Shown here: positions 49,995 to 60,161 of the stretch, one piece after another
How positions within the stretch are numbered: the stretch's first letter is position 1
How the letters are laid out: each line of letters begins with the position of its first letter
DNA from: an uncultured Novosphingobium sp.
Lineage (GTDB): Bacteria; Pseudomonadota; Alphaproteobacteria; Sphingomonadales; Sphingomonadaceae
Reading direction: 5' to 3'
NCBI GenBank assembly: GCA_964343385.1
Contig: CAYFJH010000001.1
Coordinates: 1-63,088, forward strand
Length of the DNA: 63,088 nt
Program-made: the position numbers and the translations under genes
The notes under the pieces: generated by a model
Database searches by the model: none
Told to the model about the DNA's origin: nothing
The model's input: only the letters and a program-made list of their open reading frames with translations

Positions 49995-52202
49995 ATGAGT
50001 AACAGAGTGAACAAGTTGCATCGCCAAGGCACGACCGGTGCCGTACTTGCCTCATTGGCGATTGGCGGCATGGCCTTTATGATATCGCCAGCCCTCGCGC
50101 AGCAGGCACCGCCTTCCACGGCCGAACAGGCGCCCGAAGAGGAAGCCATCATCGTGACTGCCCGCAAGCGCGCCGAAACGCTGCAGGATGTTTCGGCTCC
50201 GCTGTCGGTGGTGAATTCATCTCTTCTGGAACAGCGCCAGGTCAATGACGTCGGCGGATTGCAGACCATCATCCCGTCCGTGACCATCGGCGAGACCGTC
50301 GGCATGTTGAAAATCAACGTGCGCGGCTTGGGCAACACCACCAACACCCGTTCCGAAGACTCCGACGTCGTCATGTATGTCGATGGTGCGGTCGTATCCC
50401 GAATGGAAGCCCAGGCTCTCGCCTTTTTTGACCTGGAACGGGTAGAAGTTCTGCGCGGCCCCCAGGGCACACTTTACGGTCGCAACTCCACTGGCGGAAC
50501 GATCAATGTGATCACGCGCAAGCCCACCGACAGCTTTGAAGGCTATGCCAGCGCGACATTGGGTAACTATGGCCTGGTCAAGGTCGACGCGGCATTTGGC
50601 GGTCCGCTGAGTGACAAGATAAGCGCGCGCGCGGCTGTGACTTCGACGCAGCGTGGCGGCTTTGGCAAGAACATCGTGACTGGCAATGATATCGAGGATC
50701 AGAAGCGCTACGCAGGGCGCTTGCATCTGCTGCTCAAGCCAAGCGAAACTGTCAAATTCCTGCTGAGCGGCGAATATGGAAAGCAGGACGATTCAAGCGG
50801 GTTGTTCGGCTATCTCGCCCCGCTCTTTCCCTTCGACCCCACCTTCGTCCCGCGCGGCGCTGGCGGCTATTCCGATCCGCGATCCCGCGACCTGGCCAGC
50901 AGCTATGACCCCCGGCTGAAGCGCGACACATGGTCAGTTACCGGGACATTGGACTGGGAGATCAGCGATGATCTCAGCCTTCGCAACGTCGCCAACTATC
51001 GCAGGCTCAACTTCCTTCTGGCACAGGATCTGGACGTTTCAAGTGTAAACAATCCGACCTTCGTGACCATCCCGCTGCGCGACAAGCAATTCAGCGAAGA
51101 ACTGCAACTTATCTACGAGAACGAAAAAATAAGCGCCATCGCCGGCCTGTTCTATTTTCACGAATACTTCAGTGGTCAGACTAGTCTTGGAAACAGCTCG
51201 ACATCTGGAATTTTCTTCAAGTTAACAGGAAATAGCAAGACTGACGCGTTCGCGCCCTTCTTCAACGTGACCTACAAACTTACCGATGCGATCAAGTTGC
51301 GGGTTGGCGGACGCTACAGCAGCGAGAAACGCGCCATCGTCAACGACTCGTTCCTGAACGGCGCACGCATCACGACGGATGACGACATCGCGGACGACGA
51401 ACGCAAGATTTCCAAATATACCGGCGAATATGGTATCGATTGGAAGCTCAGCCAGAACGCCATGGCCTATGCGACCTTTTCACAAGGCTTCCGTTCGGGC
51501 GCAGCCCTCATCATGCAGAGCGGTGCCGGCATCATCAATCCAACGACCGTCGACAATTTCGAACTTGGTTTCAAATATTCCAACCGCACACTTTTCGCCA
51601 ACCTCGCACTGTTCACCGCCAAGACCAAGAACCTCCAGCGGACCCAGGCGAGCGTAACCGCACAGGGCGTGCTCAACACCAAGGTCAACAACGTCAATGC
51701 GCTCAAGACAAAGGGCGTCGAACTGGAAGCTGGCTGGTCGCCCACGGCCAACCTGCGATTGGGCGGGTCCGTAGCCTGGTTGGAAGCGAAGTTTCAGGAC
51801 TTTGCCTCCGACGATCCGATCATCCGGGGCACGAACGTAATCCAGGTTGCCGGGAACACCACCAGCCAGGCACCGCGCTGGAAATGGACCGGAAACGCGG
51901 AATATACCGTTCCATTCAGCAATAGCTCTTCGCTCGTTGCCAACGCCAACCTTGCCTACCAGAGCAGGGTCTTTTTCGACGAGTTCAACCGTGCGCCCTT
52001 TGTCGAGAATGCCTACGCGTTGCTGGATGCGAGCATCACCTACAAATTCGCCGGCGACCAGCTCAGCCTTTCGATCTGGGGCAAGAACCTGACCGGCCAA
52101 GATCGTTTCGCGGACGTGAACTTCTCGGCGAACGGGCAAGCACTCAGCAAACAGTGGGTGCCGCCGCGCACCGTGGGCGGAACGATACGCTACGAGTTCT
52201 GA
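49995..52202 (+). CDS. TonB-dependent receptor
   Basis: Signal peptide, IIVTARKR TonB box, EVLRGPQGTLYG plug, C-terminal YEF. Confidence 0.96.
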   Translation: MSNRVNKLHRQGTTGAVLASLAIGGMAFMISPALAQQAPPSTAEQAPEEEAIIVTARKRAETLQDVSAPLSVVNSSLLEQRQVNDVGGLQTIIPSVTIGETVGMLKINVRGLGNTTNTRSEDSDVVMYVDGAVVSRMEAQALAFFDLERVEVLRGPQGTLYGRNSTGGTINVITRKPTDSFEGYASATLGNYGLVKVDAAFGGPLSDKISARAAVTSTQRGGFGKNIVTGNDIEDQKRYAGRLHLLLKPSETVKFLLSGEYGKQDDSSGLFGYLAPLFPFDPTFVPRGAGGYSDPRSRDLASSYDPRLKRDTWSVTGTLDWEISDDLSLRNVANYRRLNFLLAQDLDVSSVNNPTFVTIPLRDKQFSEELQLIYENEKISAIAGLFYFHEYFSGQTSLGNSSTSGIFFKLTGNSKTDAFAPFFNVTYKLTDAIKLRVGGRYSSEKRAIVNDSFLNGARITTDDDIADDERKISKYTGEYGIDWKLSQNAMAYATFSQGFRSGAALIMQSGAGIINPTTVDNFELGFKYSNRTLFANLALFTAKTKNLQRTQASVTAQGVLNTKVNNVNALKTKGVELEAGWSPTANLRLGGSVAWLEAKFQDFASDDPIIRGTNVIQVAGNTTSQAPRWKWTGNAEYTVPFSNSSSLVANANLAYQSRVFFDEFNRAPFVENAYALLDASITYKFAGDQLSLSIWGKNLTGQDRFADVNFSANGQALSKQWVPPRTVGGTIRYEF

Positions 52203-52218
52203 CCTCCATCCCGCAACA

Positions 52219-52258
52219 GAAAGGGGGGAGCGGCCGATCCCGGTCGCTCCCCCCTTTC
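52219..52258. terminator. bidirectional terminator hairpin
   Basis: GAAAGGGGGGAGCG..CGCTCCCCCCTTTC between convergent genes. Confidence 0.75.
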
Positions 52259-52342
52259 CATTCGTGCCGACACTTTGCCGACGCTGGATCAGGATCCTGG
52301 CGCGGCTGGATTCCCGTAACAAGGCATTACCGCCAAAAGCGT

Positions 52343-53416
52343 TTAACGAGCGCCCGCTCTTTCGGCTTGTTCCCAGGCCAAACGCATCAGTTCGGGCAGT
52401 ACTTTCACCCGTTCGTGCGCCTGGGCAGAGGATGCGTTCCCGCGGATCACGCGTCCTTTGATGCCGTGGAAGATTGCGGCGATACGAAAGAAATTGAATG
52501 CAACGTAGAAATCATAGCCGGGCATGGACTGACGCCCGGTGCGAGCACAATAGGCCACAAGGTAATCCTGCTCGCCAGGAATGCCCAACGCATCGATATC
52601 GGCGCCCTTGAGCCCGGCGACGATGTGCGGAGGCATTCGGTACATCATCGCATGATAGGCGAAATCCGCACCAGGATGGCCTAATGTCGAAAGCTCCCAA
52701 TCCAGCACCGCCAGGACTTTGGGTTCGGTAGGGTGGAAGATCATGTTGTCGATGCGGAAGTCGCCATGGGTGATGCTGGTTGTGTCATCCCCGGTCGGGA
52801 TATTTTCCGGCAGCCATTCGATCAGCCGGTCCATGCAGGGATCGCGCCCGGCATCGCCATCCTCGAGATACTGGTTCGACCAGCGAGCGATCTGCCTTTC
52901 GAAATAATTGCCCGGCCGGCCATAATCGCCCAGCCCGACCGCCTGGTAGTCGACCATGTGCAGGCCGGCCATCGCCGCATTCATCGCGTCGAAGATCGCG
53001 GCGCGCTCTTCCTGGGATACCCCTGGCACAGTCGCATCCCAGAATATCCGGCCTTCGACCATGTCCATGACGTAGAACCAGGTACCGATGACGCTGTCGT
53101 CCGTGCAAAGCTCATGCACATGGGCAACTGGGTAACCCGCCCGGGCAAGGCTCGTCAGCACCTTCGCTTCGCGCTCAACGGCATGGGCGCCCTTAAGCAG
53201 CAGCCCCGGCGGCTTGCGCCGCAGAACATAGGCCTTGCCTGGGGTAACCAGTTTGTACGTGGGGTTGGATTGCCCGCCGCGAAACTGTTCGACCGACAGC
53301 GGGCCGGAAAATCCGGGGACATTTGCCTTCATCCACGCGGCCAGCGCGGCTTCGTCAAAACCATAGCCTGCGCGCACCGGCATCGTGCCGACATTTTCCT
53401 CGGCCACGACGCTCAT
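52343..53416 (-). CDS. APH-family phosphotransferase (ACAD10/11 kinase-like)
   Basis: GGQSNPTY, LRRKP, HGDFRIDN, LDWEL. Confidence 0.92.
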   Translation of the reverse strand: MSVVAEENVGTMPVRAGYGFDEAALAAWMKANVPGFSGPLSVEQFRGGQSNPTYKLVTPGKAYVLRRKPPGLLLKGAHAVEREAKVLTSLARAGYPVAHVHELCTDDSVIGTWFYVMDMVEGRIFWDATVPGVSQEERAAIFDAMNAAMAGLHMVDYQAVGLGDYGRPGNYFERQIARWSNQYLEDGDAGRDPCMDRLIEWLPENIPTGDDTTSITHGDFRIDNMIFHPTEPKVLAVLDWELSTLGHPGADFAYHAMMYRMPPHIVAGLKGADIDALGIPGEQDYLVAYCARTGRQSMPGYDFYVAFNFFRIAAIFHGIKGRVIRGNASSAQAHERVKVLPELMRLAWEQAERAGAR

Positions 53417-54588
53417 GCCGGATGCGCCTTGAGATAATCGCGCTTCACCTTCTTGGCGAGGCTCCATTTATGAACCTCGGTCGGCCCGTCATAGATACGG
53501 AAGGCGCGGATTTCACGGAACACCTGTTCGACGATCGTGTCGCCCGAGACGCCAGTGCCCCCCATGATCTGGACGCAGCGGTCGGCGACGCGCATCAGCG
53601 CCTCCGACACGGCGACCTTGGCCATCGAGCTCTCTGCTGTGCCCAGCGATCCGCTGTCCAGAACGCCGGCGCACCAGTCGATCATCAGTTCACTCTGGCG
53701 AAGATCGATCAGATTGTCCGCCAGCATGAAGCCGACACCTTCATGGTCCACCAACAGCTTGCCGAAGGACATGCGCTTGCAGGCATAGGCGGTCGCGATC
53801 TCGTTCGCGCGGATGCACGCGCCCAACCAGCGCATACAGTGCGACAACCGTGCGGGAGACAGCCGAACCTGGGCATATTGGAAACCTTCGCCGCTTTGCC
53901 CGAGCATCTGGTTGGCTGGCACCCGCAAATTGTCGATGGTGATGATCGAATGGCCGCCGGGCATGGAACTGTCGATCGTATCCAGCACCCGGTCGATGCG
54001 GATGGCGGGATCGGGCAGGTCGACGAGGAACATGCAGGCCCCATCGGCGGACTTTGCCATGACAATGCCGACCTTTGCGCCACGCGCCCCGGTGATGAAC
54101 GCCTTTCGCCCGTTGATGACCCAATGATCACCGTCCGGATGGCATGCGGTCTGCATCATCGACGGATCGGACCCTGCGCCGCCTTCGCTCGCAGGTTCGG
54201 TCATGAAGAAGGCAGATCGAGCTTCGCCCGAAACCAGCGGCGCAAGAAAGCGTCGACGCAGTTCAGGCGAACCGACCTTGCCCAGCAGATACATATTTCC
54301 TTCGTCGGGCGCCATCGTGTTGCAGGCCACCGGTCCTAGCGGCGACAGGCCGGAGCGGATCAGGACCCTCGCCGTTTCGCGCTGGTTCAGGTGGCTGCCG
54401 TCATCGAGGATATGTGGCGTCATCACGCCGCTCGCCCGCGCCTTTCCGCGCAGTTCGATGACCAGTTCTTCCGACGGGCCGTGGGCACCCAGCCTCGGGT
54501 CGGTCTCGTAAGGGACTACGATCTCGCGGACGAACCTCTCGACCTTGGCCGCAATCGCCTGGGCGCGATCCATGCCGGCGCCGCTCAT
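53413..54588 (-). CDS. acyl-CoA dehydrogenase family, LvaC/ACAD11-like
   Basis: APDEGNM, MTEP..GSD, RL.PARL.HCMR, RIYDGP.EVH. Confidence 0.9.
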   Translation of the reverse strand: MSGAGMDRAQAIAAKVERFVREIVVPYETDPRLGAHGPSEELVIELRGKARASGVMTPHILDDGSHLNQRETARVLIRSGLSPLGPVACNTMAPDEGNMYLLGKVGSPELRRRFLAPLVSGEARSAFFMTEPASEGGAGSDPSMMQTACHPDGDHWVINGRKAFITGARGAKVGIVMAKSADGACMFLVDLPDPAIRIDRVLDTIDSSMPGGHSIITIDNLRVPANQMLGQSGEGFQYAQVRLSPARLSHCMRWLGACIRANEIATAYACKRMSFGKLLVDHEGVGFMLADNLIDLRQSELMIDWCAGVLDSGSLGTAESSMAKVAVSEALMRVADRCVQIMGGTGVSGDTIVEQVFREIRAFRIYDGPTEVHKWSLAKKVKRDYLKAHPA

Positions 54589-55346
54589 AGCGAACTCACC
54601 AGATGCCCGCCGTCCACGGTTATGGCCGAGCCGGTCATATAGGCGGATGCATCGGACGCGAGCAACAGCAGCGGCCCGTCCAGATCCCGGAATTCGCCTA
54701 TGCGCCGCTGAGGGATGCGCCTGATCATGGCCTTGCCCCCGTCGCTTTCCCAGAAATCGCGATTGAGATCGGTCTTCACATAGCCCGGCGCCAAGGCGTT
54801 GACCCGAATGCCGAAACGCGCAAGTTCCAGCGCAAGCTGCTTGGTCATCTGGATCACCCCGGCCTTCGAGACGGCATAGGGCAGCAGGGCCCCGCCCTGA
54901 CGGAACCCTAGGATCGACGCGATATTGATGATGTTGCCTCCTCGGCCTGCTGTTTTCATCGCTCGTGCCGCCGCCTGCGCCATCAGGAACATGCCTTTGA
55001 GATTGGTGTCTATCACCGCGTCCCAATCCGCCTCGGTCTGATCCAGCACCGCCTTTTCACGAACGACGCCAGCATTGTTGACCAGTATGTCGATGCCGGC
55101 CAGGGCCTCGTCCACGCTGGCGATGCTATTTGGATCGGTGACGTCCAGGGCCACCGCCGCAACGTCACCATGTGCGGCGGCGATCTCCGCTGCCACCTGC
55201 TGCAACGCATCGACCCTTCGCGCGGCCAGGATCACCCGTGCACCGTTCTGCGCGAGAACCTTGGCAAAATGCGCACCAAGCCCCGCCGACGCGCCGGTTA
55301 CCAGCGCTGTCTTTCCGGAAAGAGGGAAATTCAATGTCGTCTCCAT
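54585..55346 (-). CDS. SDR oxidoreductase, LvaD-like
   Basis: TGASAGLG, NNAG, YAVSK, VDGGHLVSSL. Confidence 0.9.
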   Translation of the reverse strand: METTLNFPLSGKTALVTGASAGLGAHFAKVLAQNGARVILAARRVDALQQVAAEIAAAHGDVAAVALDVTDPNSIASVDEALAGIDILVNNAGVVREKAVLDQTEADWDAVIDTNLKGMFLMAQAAARAMKTAGRGGNIINIASILGFRQGGALLPYAVSKAGVIQMTKQLALELARFGIRVNALAPGYVKTDLNRDFWESDGGKAMIRRIPQRRIGEFRDLDGPLLLLASDASAYMTGSAITVDGGHLVSSL

Positions 55347-55382
55347 AATAGAGCATCGTGCAAAAAGAGGGGACCGGTCTGC

Positions 55383-56429
55383 CTAGCCGCGCGCGCAATC
55401 CCAGCCTACGCCTGCGATGTAGGCTGCGTTGCGGCCCACCTGCAGAGCATCCTCGTTCGCGGCATTGTTCTGCAGGGCGCGTGCATGGATTCCTTGCAGG
55501 ATCGCGGCGGTGCGAAACAGGGCAAAGGCCAGATAATAGTTCCAGTCGGGGATGTCCCCCTGCCCCGATCGCGCGCAATACTGCGCGAGCATTTCGTGCT
55601 CCGAGGGAATCCCCAGCGCGCCAATGTCTACGTCCGCAAGGCCTGGAAGACCGGGAAGGCCACTCATGATACGATAGGGCAGACAATTATAGGCGAGATC
55701 CGCCAGCGGATGGCCGATCGTCGCCAGTTCCCAGTCCAGCACGGCACGAATTTGCGAACCCATCGGATCGAAGACCAGATTACCGATACGATAGTCGCCA
55801 TGAACGATCGTGGCGGGACCACCCACCGGAACATGGGCAGCCAGCCATTGTGACAGCCGATCCATCGCGTCGATGGGTTCAGTCCGGCTCTTTTCGAATT
55901 GCCTGGTCCAGAGGGCAACCTGACGTTCGAGATAGGCATCGGGCCTGCCAAAGCCACCCAGCCCGACGGCTTGCCAGTCGACACCGTGCAGATCGGCGAG
56001 AGCCCCTGCCATTGCCAGATACATTGCACGGCGATCCGCAGGCGTCACGCCGGGCATGGTGCAATTGTGGAAAATGCGCCCTTCCACCGCTTCCATGATA
56101 TAGAAGGCCGTGCCGATAAGGCCGGGATCTTCTTGCAGCAAATGCATATGCGGCACCGGAACGGGTGTATCCGCCAGCGCCCGCATGACCTGATATTCTC
56201 GCTCGATCTGGTGGGCAGAGGGAAGAATGTGGCCGTCCGGCTTCTTGCGAAGGACGTAGCGCGCGCATTCCCCCTCAATCAGGAATGTGGGGTTGGATTG
56301 CCCGCCCTTGAACTTGTGGATGGTCGGCGATCCGGTGAGGCCGGGCAAACGATCCTGCAGGAAACGCACCAGCCGCTCCTGATCGAACGGAATTGTGCTG
56401 GCCGTCCCCGCGATATTTTCTGCAAGCAT
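55383..56429 (-). CDS. second APH-family phosphotransferase
   Basis: GGQSNPTF, HGDYRIGN, LDWEL. Confidence 0.92.
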   Translation of the reverse strand: MLAENIAGTASTIPFDQERLVRFLQDRLPGLTGSPTIHKFKGGQSNPTFLIEGECARYVLRKKPDGHILPSAHQIEREYQVMRALADTPVPVPHMHLLQEDPGLIGTAFYIMEAVEGRIFHNCTMPGVTPADRRAMYLAMAGALADLHGVDWQAVGLGGFGRPDAYLERQVALWTRQFEKSRTEPIDAMDRLSQWLAAHVPVGGPATIVHGDYRIGNLVFDPMGSQIRAVLDWELATIGHPLADLAYNCLPYRIMSGLPGLPGLADVDIGALGIPSEHEMLAQYCARSGQGDIPDWNYYLAFALFRTAAILQGIHARALQNNAANEDALQVGRNAAYIAGVGWDCARG

Positions 56430-56441
56430 CGGCTCTCTCCT

Positions 56442-57566
56442 TCAAGCGGGCTCGGCAAGTGGACTGCGAGTCTGCGGACCTGCACGGTCGAGGAGACGGG
56501 ACATGTGGTAGCGGCGGTCGCCCAGACTGGCACGCAGCGCCAACAACCGCTTGAACCAATGGCCGACGATCAGTTCGTCGGTGACGCCGATGCCGCCATG
56601 CATCTGAACCGCCTCGTTCGCGACGAGTCTGGCGGCGTCGCAGGCCAGCATTTTAGCCATCGACACCGTTCTGGCGCGCACATCCGGCGCAGCATCGCAC
56701 GACAGCGCTGCCGCAAGCGCCACGGAACGCACCTCCTCGCAATGGATCCACATGTCCGCGAGGCGGTGCTGCAGAGCCTGAAAGCGGCCAATTTCCGTAC
56801 CGAACTGGCGCCTTGTCTGGAGATAGCTGATGGTCTCGCGGATTAGCGCATCCATCAGGCCAACCATTTCCGCCACCTGCGCAGCCTCGGCCTGATCAGC
56901 GGCTGCGACGAGCATGTCGGCGACATCGCGGTCGGCAATCCGCGCCGCAGCCCGGCAACCCGCAAGCCGGACATCGCCCCGTGGCAAACCGTCCACGCCG
57001 GGCCGTGCCGTCACATGCAGGCCCGAGGCCAGAGAATCGATACGGTAAAGCCCCAATTCCATGCTTTGCGTATCACGCGCGGAAACTATCAGGACGTCGG
57101 CTTCGGCGGCGAAGGCGACGAGGTGCTTCTCGCCATCGACAATCCAGCCGCCCGCGTCTGGCCTTGCGCGGGTCTCAACGAGATCGGTCCGGTATCGACT
57201 ACCCTCTTCCTGATCGGCAACCGTGACGATGAGGCTGCCGTCCATCAGTCCGGGCAGAAGTTCGGCCGCTGCGCCGCCCGGCAAGGCCGCAGCAAGGATC
57301 CCGGCCGCATGGATGCCGCTGGCCAGGATCGGTTCCGCGGGCAACCCGGGTGCCAGATACTGCATGACCAGCATCCGTTCGACCGGCCCGCCAAATCCGC
57401 CCATTTCCTCCGGAACAGCCAGCGAGAGGGAGCCAAGCTCGGCGAGCCGCTCCAACCTGCCTCGATCAAGCCCATGAGGCCCCGTCCGCCCGCCATATTC
57501 CTGTTTGACGAAGCGATCGAGTATCTGCGCGAACTGGACCTGCTCGTCCGTCAACATGCCTTCCAC
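56442..57566 (-). CDS. acyl-CoA dehydrogenase small subunit (PimD-like)
   Basis: R.QFG..IG.FQALQH, QMHGGIG. Confidence 0.88.
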   Translation of the reverse strand: MEGMLTDEQVQFAQILDRFVKQEYGGRTGPHGLDRGRLERLAELGSLSLAVPEEMGGFGGPVERMLVMQYLAPGLPAEPILASGIHAAGILAAALPGGAAAELLPGLMDGSLIVTVADQEEGSRYRTDLVETRARPDAGGWIVDGEKHLVAFAAEADVLIVSARDTQSMELGLYRIDSLASGLHVTARPGVDGLPRGDVRLAGCRAAARIADRDVADMLVAAADQAEAAQVAEMVGLMDALIRETISYLQTRRQFGTEIGRFQALQHRLADMWIHCEEVRSVALAAALSCDAAPDVRARTVSMAKMLACDAARLVANEAVQMHGGIGVTDELIVGHWFKRLLALRASLGDRRYHMSRLLDRAGPQTRSPLAEPA

Positions 57567-57579
57567 GGCGCCTACTCCC

Positions 57580-58767
57580 TCAAAAGCCGATCAGGCTTTT
57601 TGCAATGATGTTCCGCTGTATCTCGTTCGAACCACCGTAGATCGTCACGCACCGCGCCCAGAGCATCCGGGCCATGGCACCGTTGCGCATGACCTGAGGC
57701 AGGCTGGCGTCACCAAGGCCCATCTTCGGCGCATATGCCAAGGCCTCCGGCCCCATGATCTCGACGGCAAGCTCGGTCAGTGCCTGTTCCAGTTCCGATC
57801 CGCGGATCTTGAGCATCGAAACGGCGGCGGCAGGCGGGTGCCCGCCCTCCGCCGCTCGCACCGTGCGCAAGGCGCTCCATTCAAGAGCCAAAAGCCGCGT
57901 TTCCAGTTCGGCGATCCGCGCCTGAACGGCGCGATCAGCGGCCATCGCCCTGTCGGCCAGACCGGACAAAATACTGCGCACGGCTTCCAGCAATCGCTTC
58001 TGCTTGCCGATCTCTGCAACCAGCAGACGTTCGTTGGACAGCAGGAACTTGGCGATGGTCCAGCCGCCATTTTCCTCTCCTACCCGGTCCGCTACCGGCA
58101 CGCGCACATCCTCGAACAACACTTCGTTGAGGTCATGACGGCCGTCCATTGTCATGATCGGCTGGACGGTGATGCCCGGCGAACGCAGGTCGACCAGCAG
58201 AAAGGATATGCCCGCCTGGGGCCGAACTTCGGGATCGGTACGCACCAGACAGAAAATCCTGTCGGCCCAATGCGCCATCGTCGTCCATATCTTGCGGCCC
58301 GAAACAATATAATGGTCGCCGTCGCGCACGGCCCGCATCTTGACGCCGGCCAGGTCCGATCCCGCCTCGGGCTCCGAATAGCCCTGGCACCAGAAGGTAT
58401 CGGCACTTGCGATTTCCGGCAGGTAACGGGCCTTTTGCGCGTCCGATCCATAGGTGTGGATCACCGGGCCGACATAGTTGACGCCAAACGGCAAAAGCCA
58501 CGGTGCGCCCGCCAGCGCACACTCCTCGTCGAACAGGTAGGCCTGAACCGGGCTCCAGTCATGCCCGCCATGGGCAGCGGGCCATGCACCGCATAGCAGC
58601 CCGCCCTGTGCCAATATCCTTTGCCAGCCCACATAGTCCTCGCGCGACAGCTTGGCGCCCGCGACCACTTTTGCAGCGAGACCATAGGGCAGATTTTCCG
58701 CGCAAAAATCGCGGATTTTGCACCGAAACTCTTCTTCTTCGGCGGTTAGCGGAAATCTCATTCCCAT
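57580..58767 (-). CDS. acyl-CoA dehydrogenase large subunit (PimC-like)
   Basis: WCQGYSEP.AGSDLA, TIYGGSNEIQRNIIAK. Confidence 0.92.
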   Translation of the reverse strand: MGMRFPLTAEEEEFRCKIRDFCAENLPYGLAAKVVAGAKLSREDYVGWQRILAQGGLLCGAWPAAHGGHDWSPVQAYLFDEECALAGAPWLLPFGVNYVGPVIHTYGSDAQKARYLPEIASADTFWCQGYSEPEAGSDLAGVKMRAVRDGDHYIVSGRKIWTTMAHWADRIFCLVRTDPEVRPQAGISFLLVDLRSPGITVQPIMTMDGRHDLNEVLFEDVRVPVADRVGEENGGWTIAKFLLSNERLLVAEIGKQKRLLEAVRSILSGLADRAMAADRAVQARIAELETRLLALEWSALRTVRAAEGGHPPAAAVSMLKIRGSELEQALTELAVEIMGPEALAYAPKMGLGDASLPQVMRNGAMARMLWARCVTIYGGSNEIQRNIIAKSLIGF

Positions 58768-58805
58768 ACTCCCAGACTGCCTGTGCATTAGCCATATTTT
58801 AAACA

Positions 58806-58908
58806 GCCGTCCAGTCGGTAGGTGATTAAATTGGCGGCCGGCGGCGGCGGCGGCCGGCTGCTTGACACGCCCGACCTTAGTTTATATTTCCTACGCCGTC
58901 CGTTCGGT
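58806..58908. promoter_or_regulatory. two GCCG-N6-CGGT operators in the divergent promoter
   Basis: GCCGTCCAGTCGGT 58806-58819; GCCGTCCGTTCGGT 58895-58908. Confidence 0.6.
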
Positions 58909-58958
58909 TGATTATTCTTGTCGACCCGGGTCGCCCAAGCTGAAATCGAGGATTCCCC

Positions 58959-60161
58959 ATGCGCGAAGCTGTCATCGTTTCCACCGCTCGCACGCCGATC
59001 GGGCGCGCTTACAAGGGGGCATTCAACAACACGCAGGCACAGGCCCTTTCCGGATTCGCCGTCCGGCACGCGGTGGCACGGGCACAGGTCGATCCGGCAG
59101 AGATCGATGATGTCGTTATCGGCGCAGCGATGCAGCAAGGTTCGCAAGGCTTCAACATCGGCCGGCAGACCGCCGTGCGCGCCGGCCTGCCGGTCCACGT
59201 CGCCGGGATGAGCGTCGATCGCCAGTGCGCTTCAGGACTGATGGCAATCGCAGTCGCGGCCCGGCAGGTGGTGCATGATGGCATGGGCATTTGCGTGGGC
59301 GGCGGGGTCGAGTCGATTTCGCTCGTCCAGAACGCCCATCTCAACAGCTTCCGCATGGAAGACCCTGCCCTCGTCCAGAGCCATCCCGACCTCTACATGG
59401 GTATGCTGGAAACCGCAGAAATCGTGGCCCAGCGCTACGGAATATCGCGCGAGCGGCAGGATGGATATGCCCTCCGGTCGCAGCAGCGCACGGCAGCGGC
59501 CCAGGCTGCAGGCCGGTTCGACATCGAAATCGTGCCTTTTGCCGCGACCATGAGCGTCACCGATCGCGCCTCCGGCGCCGTGTCGGAACGCGATGTTGGT
59601 CTGGAACGCGACGAAGGCAACCGCCCGGAAACGCGACTGGAGGATCTTGAGACGCTAAAGCCGGTATTCAAGGGTGGCCTGCGCCTGACCGAAGGGCGCT
59701 CCATTACGGCCGGCAATGCCAGCCAGTTGTCGGACGGCGCGTCTGCCTGTGTCATCATGGAAGCCCGGGACGCAGAGCGGCGCGGGCTTTCCCCGCTTGG
59801 CGCCTTCCGCGGCCTGGCCGTCGCGGGCTGCGATCCATCGGAAATGGGCATCGGCCCGATCCATGCAGTACCCAAACTTCTGGCGCAGCATGGCCTGACG
59901 GTCGATGATATCGGAATCTGGGAACTGAACGAGGCCTTCGCCTGCCAGGTTCTTCACTGTCAGGATATCCTGGGCATTCCGGACGACCTGCTAAACGTCG
60001 ATGGCGGCGCTATCTCCATCGGCCATCCCTATGGCATGTCCGGCGCGCGGATGGCGGGCCATGTGCTGATCGAGGGTGCGAGGCGCAAGGCGCGCTATGG
60101 CATCGTCACCATGTGCGTTGGCGGCGGCATGGGCGCGGCCGGTCTGTTCGAGATTTTCTGA
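58959..60161 (+). CDS. acetyl-CoA C-acyltransferase (thiolase, PimB-like)
   Basis: RQCASG, NEAFA, GHPYG.SG, CVGGG.G. Confidence 0.95.
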   Translation: MREAVIVSTARTPIGRAYKGAFNNTQAQALSGFAVRHAVARAQVDPAEIDDVVIGAAMQQGSQGFNIGRQTAVRAGLPVHVAGMSVDRQCASGLMAIAVAARQVVHDGMGICVGGGVESISLVQNAHLNSFRMEDPALVQSHPDLYMGMLETAEIVAQRYGISRERQDGYALRSQQRTAAAQAAGRFDIEIVPFAATMSVTDRASGAVSERDVGLERDEGNRPETRLEDLETLKPVFKGGLRLTEGRSITAGNASQLSDGASACVIMEARDAERRGLSPLGAFRGLAVAGCDPSEMGIGPIHAVPKLLAQHGLTVDDIGIWELNEAFACQVLHCQDILGIPDDLLNVDGGAISIGHPYGMSGARMAGHVLIEGARRKARYGIVTMCVGGGMGAAGLFEIF

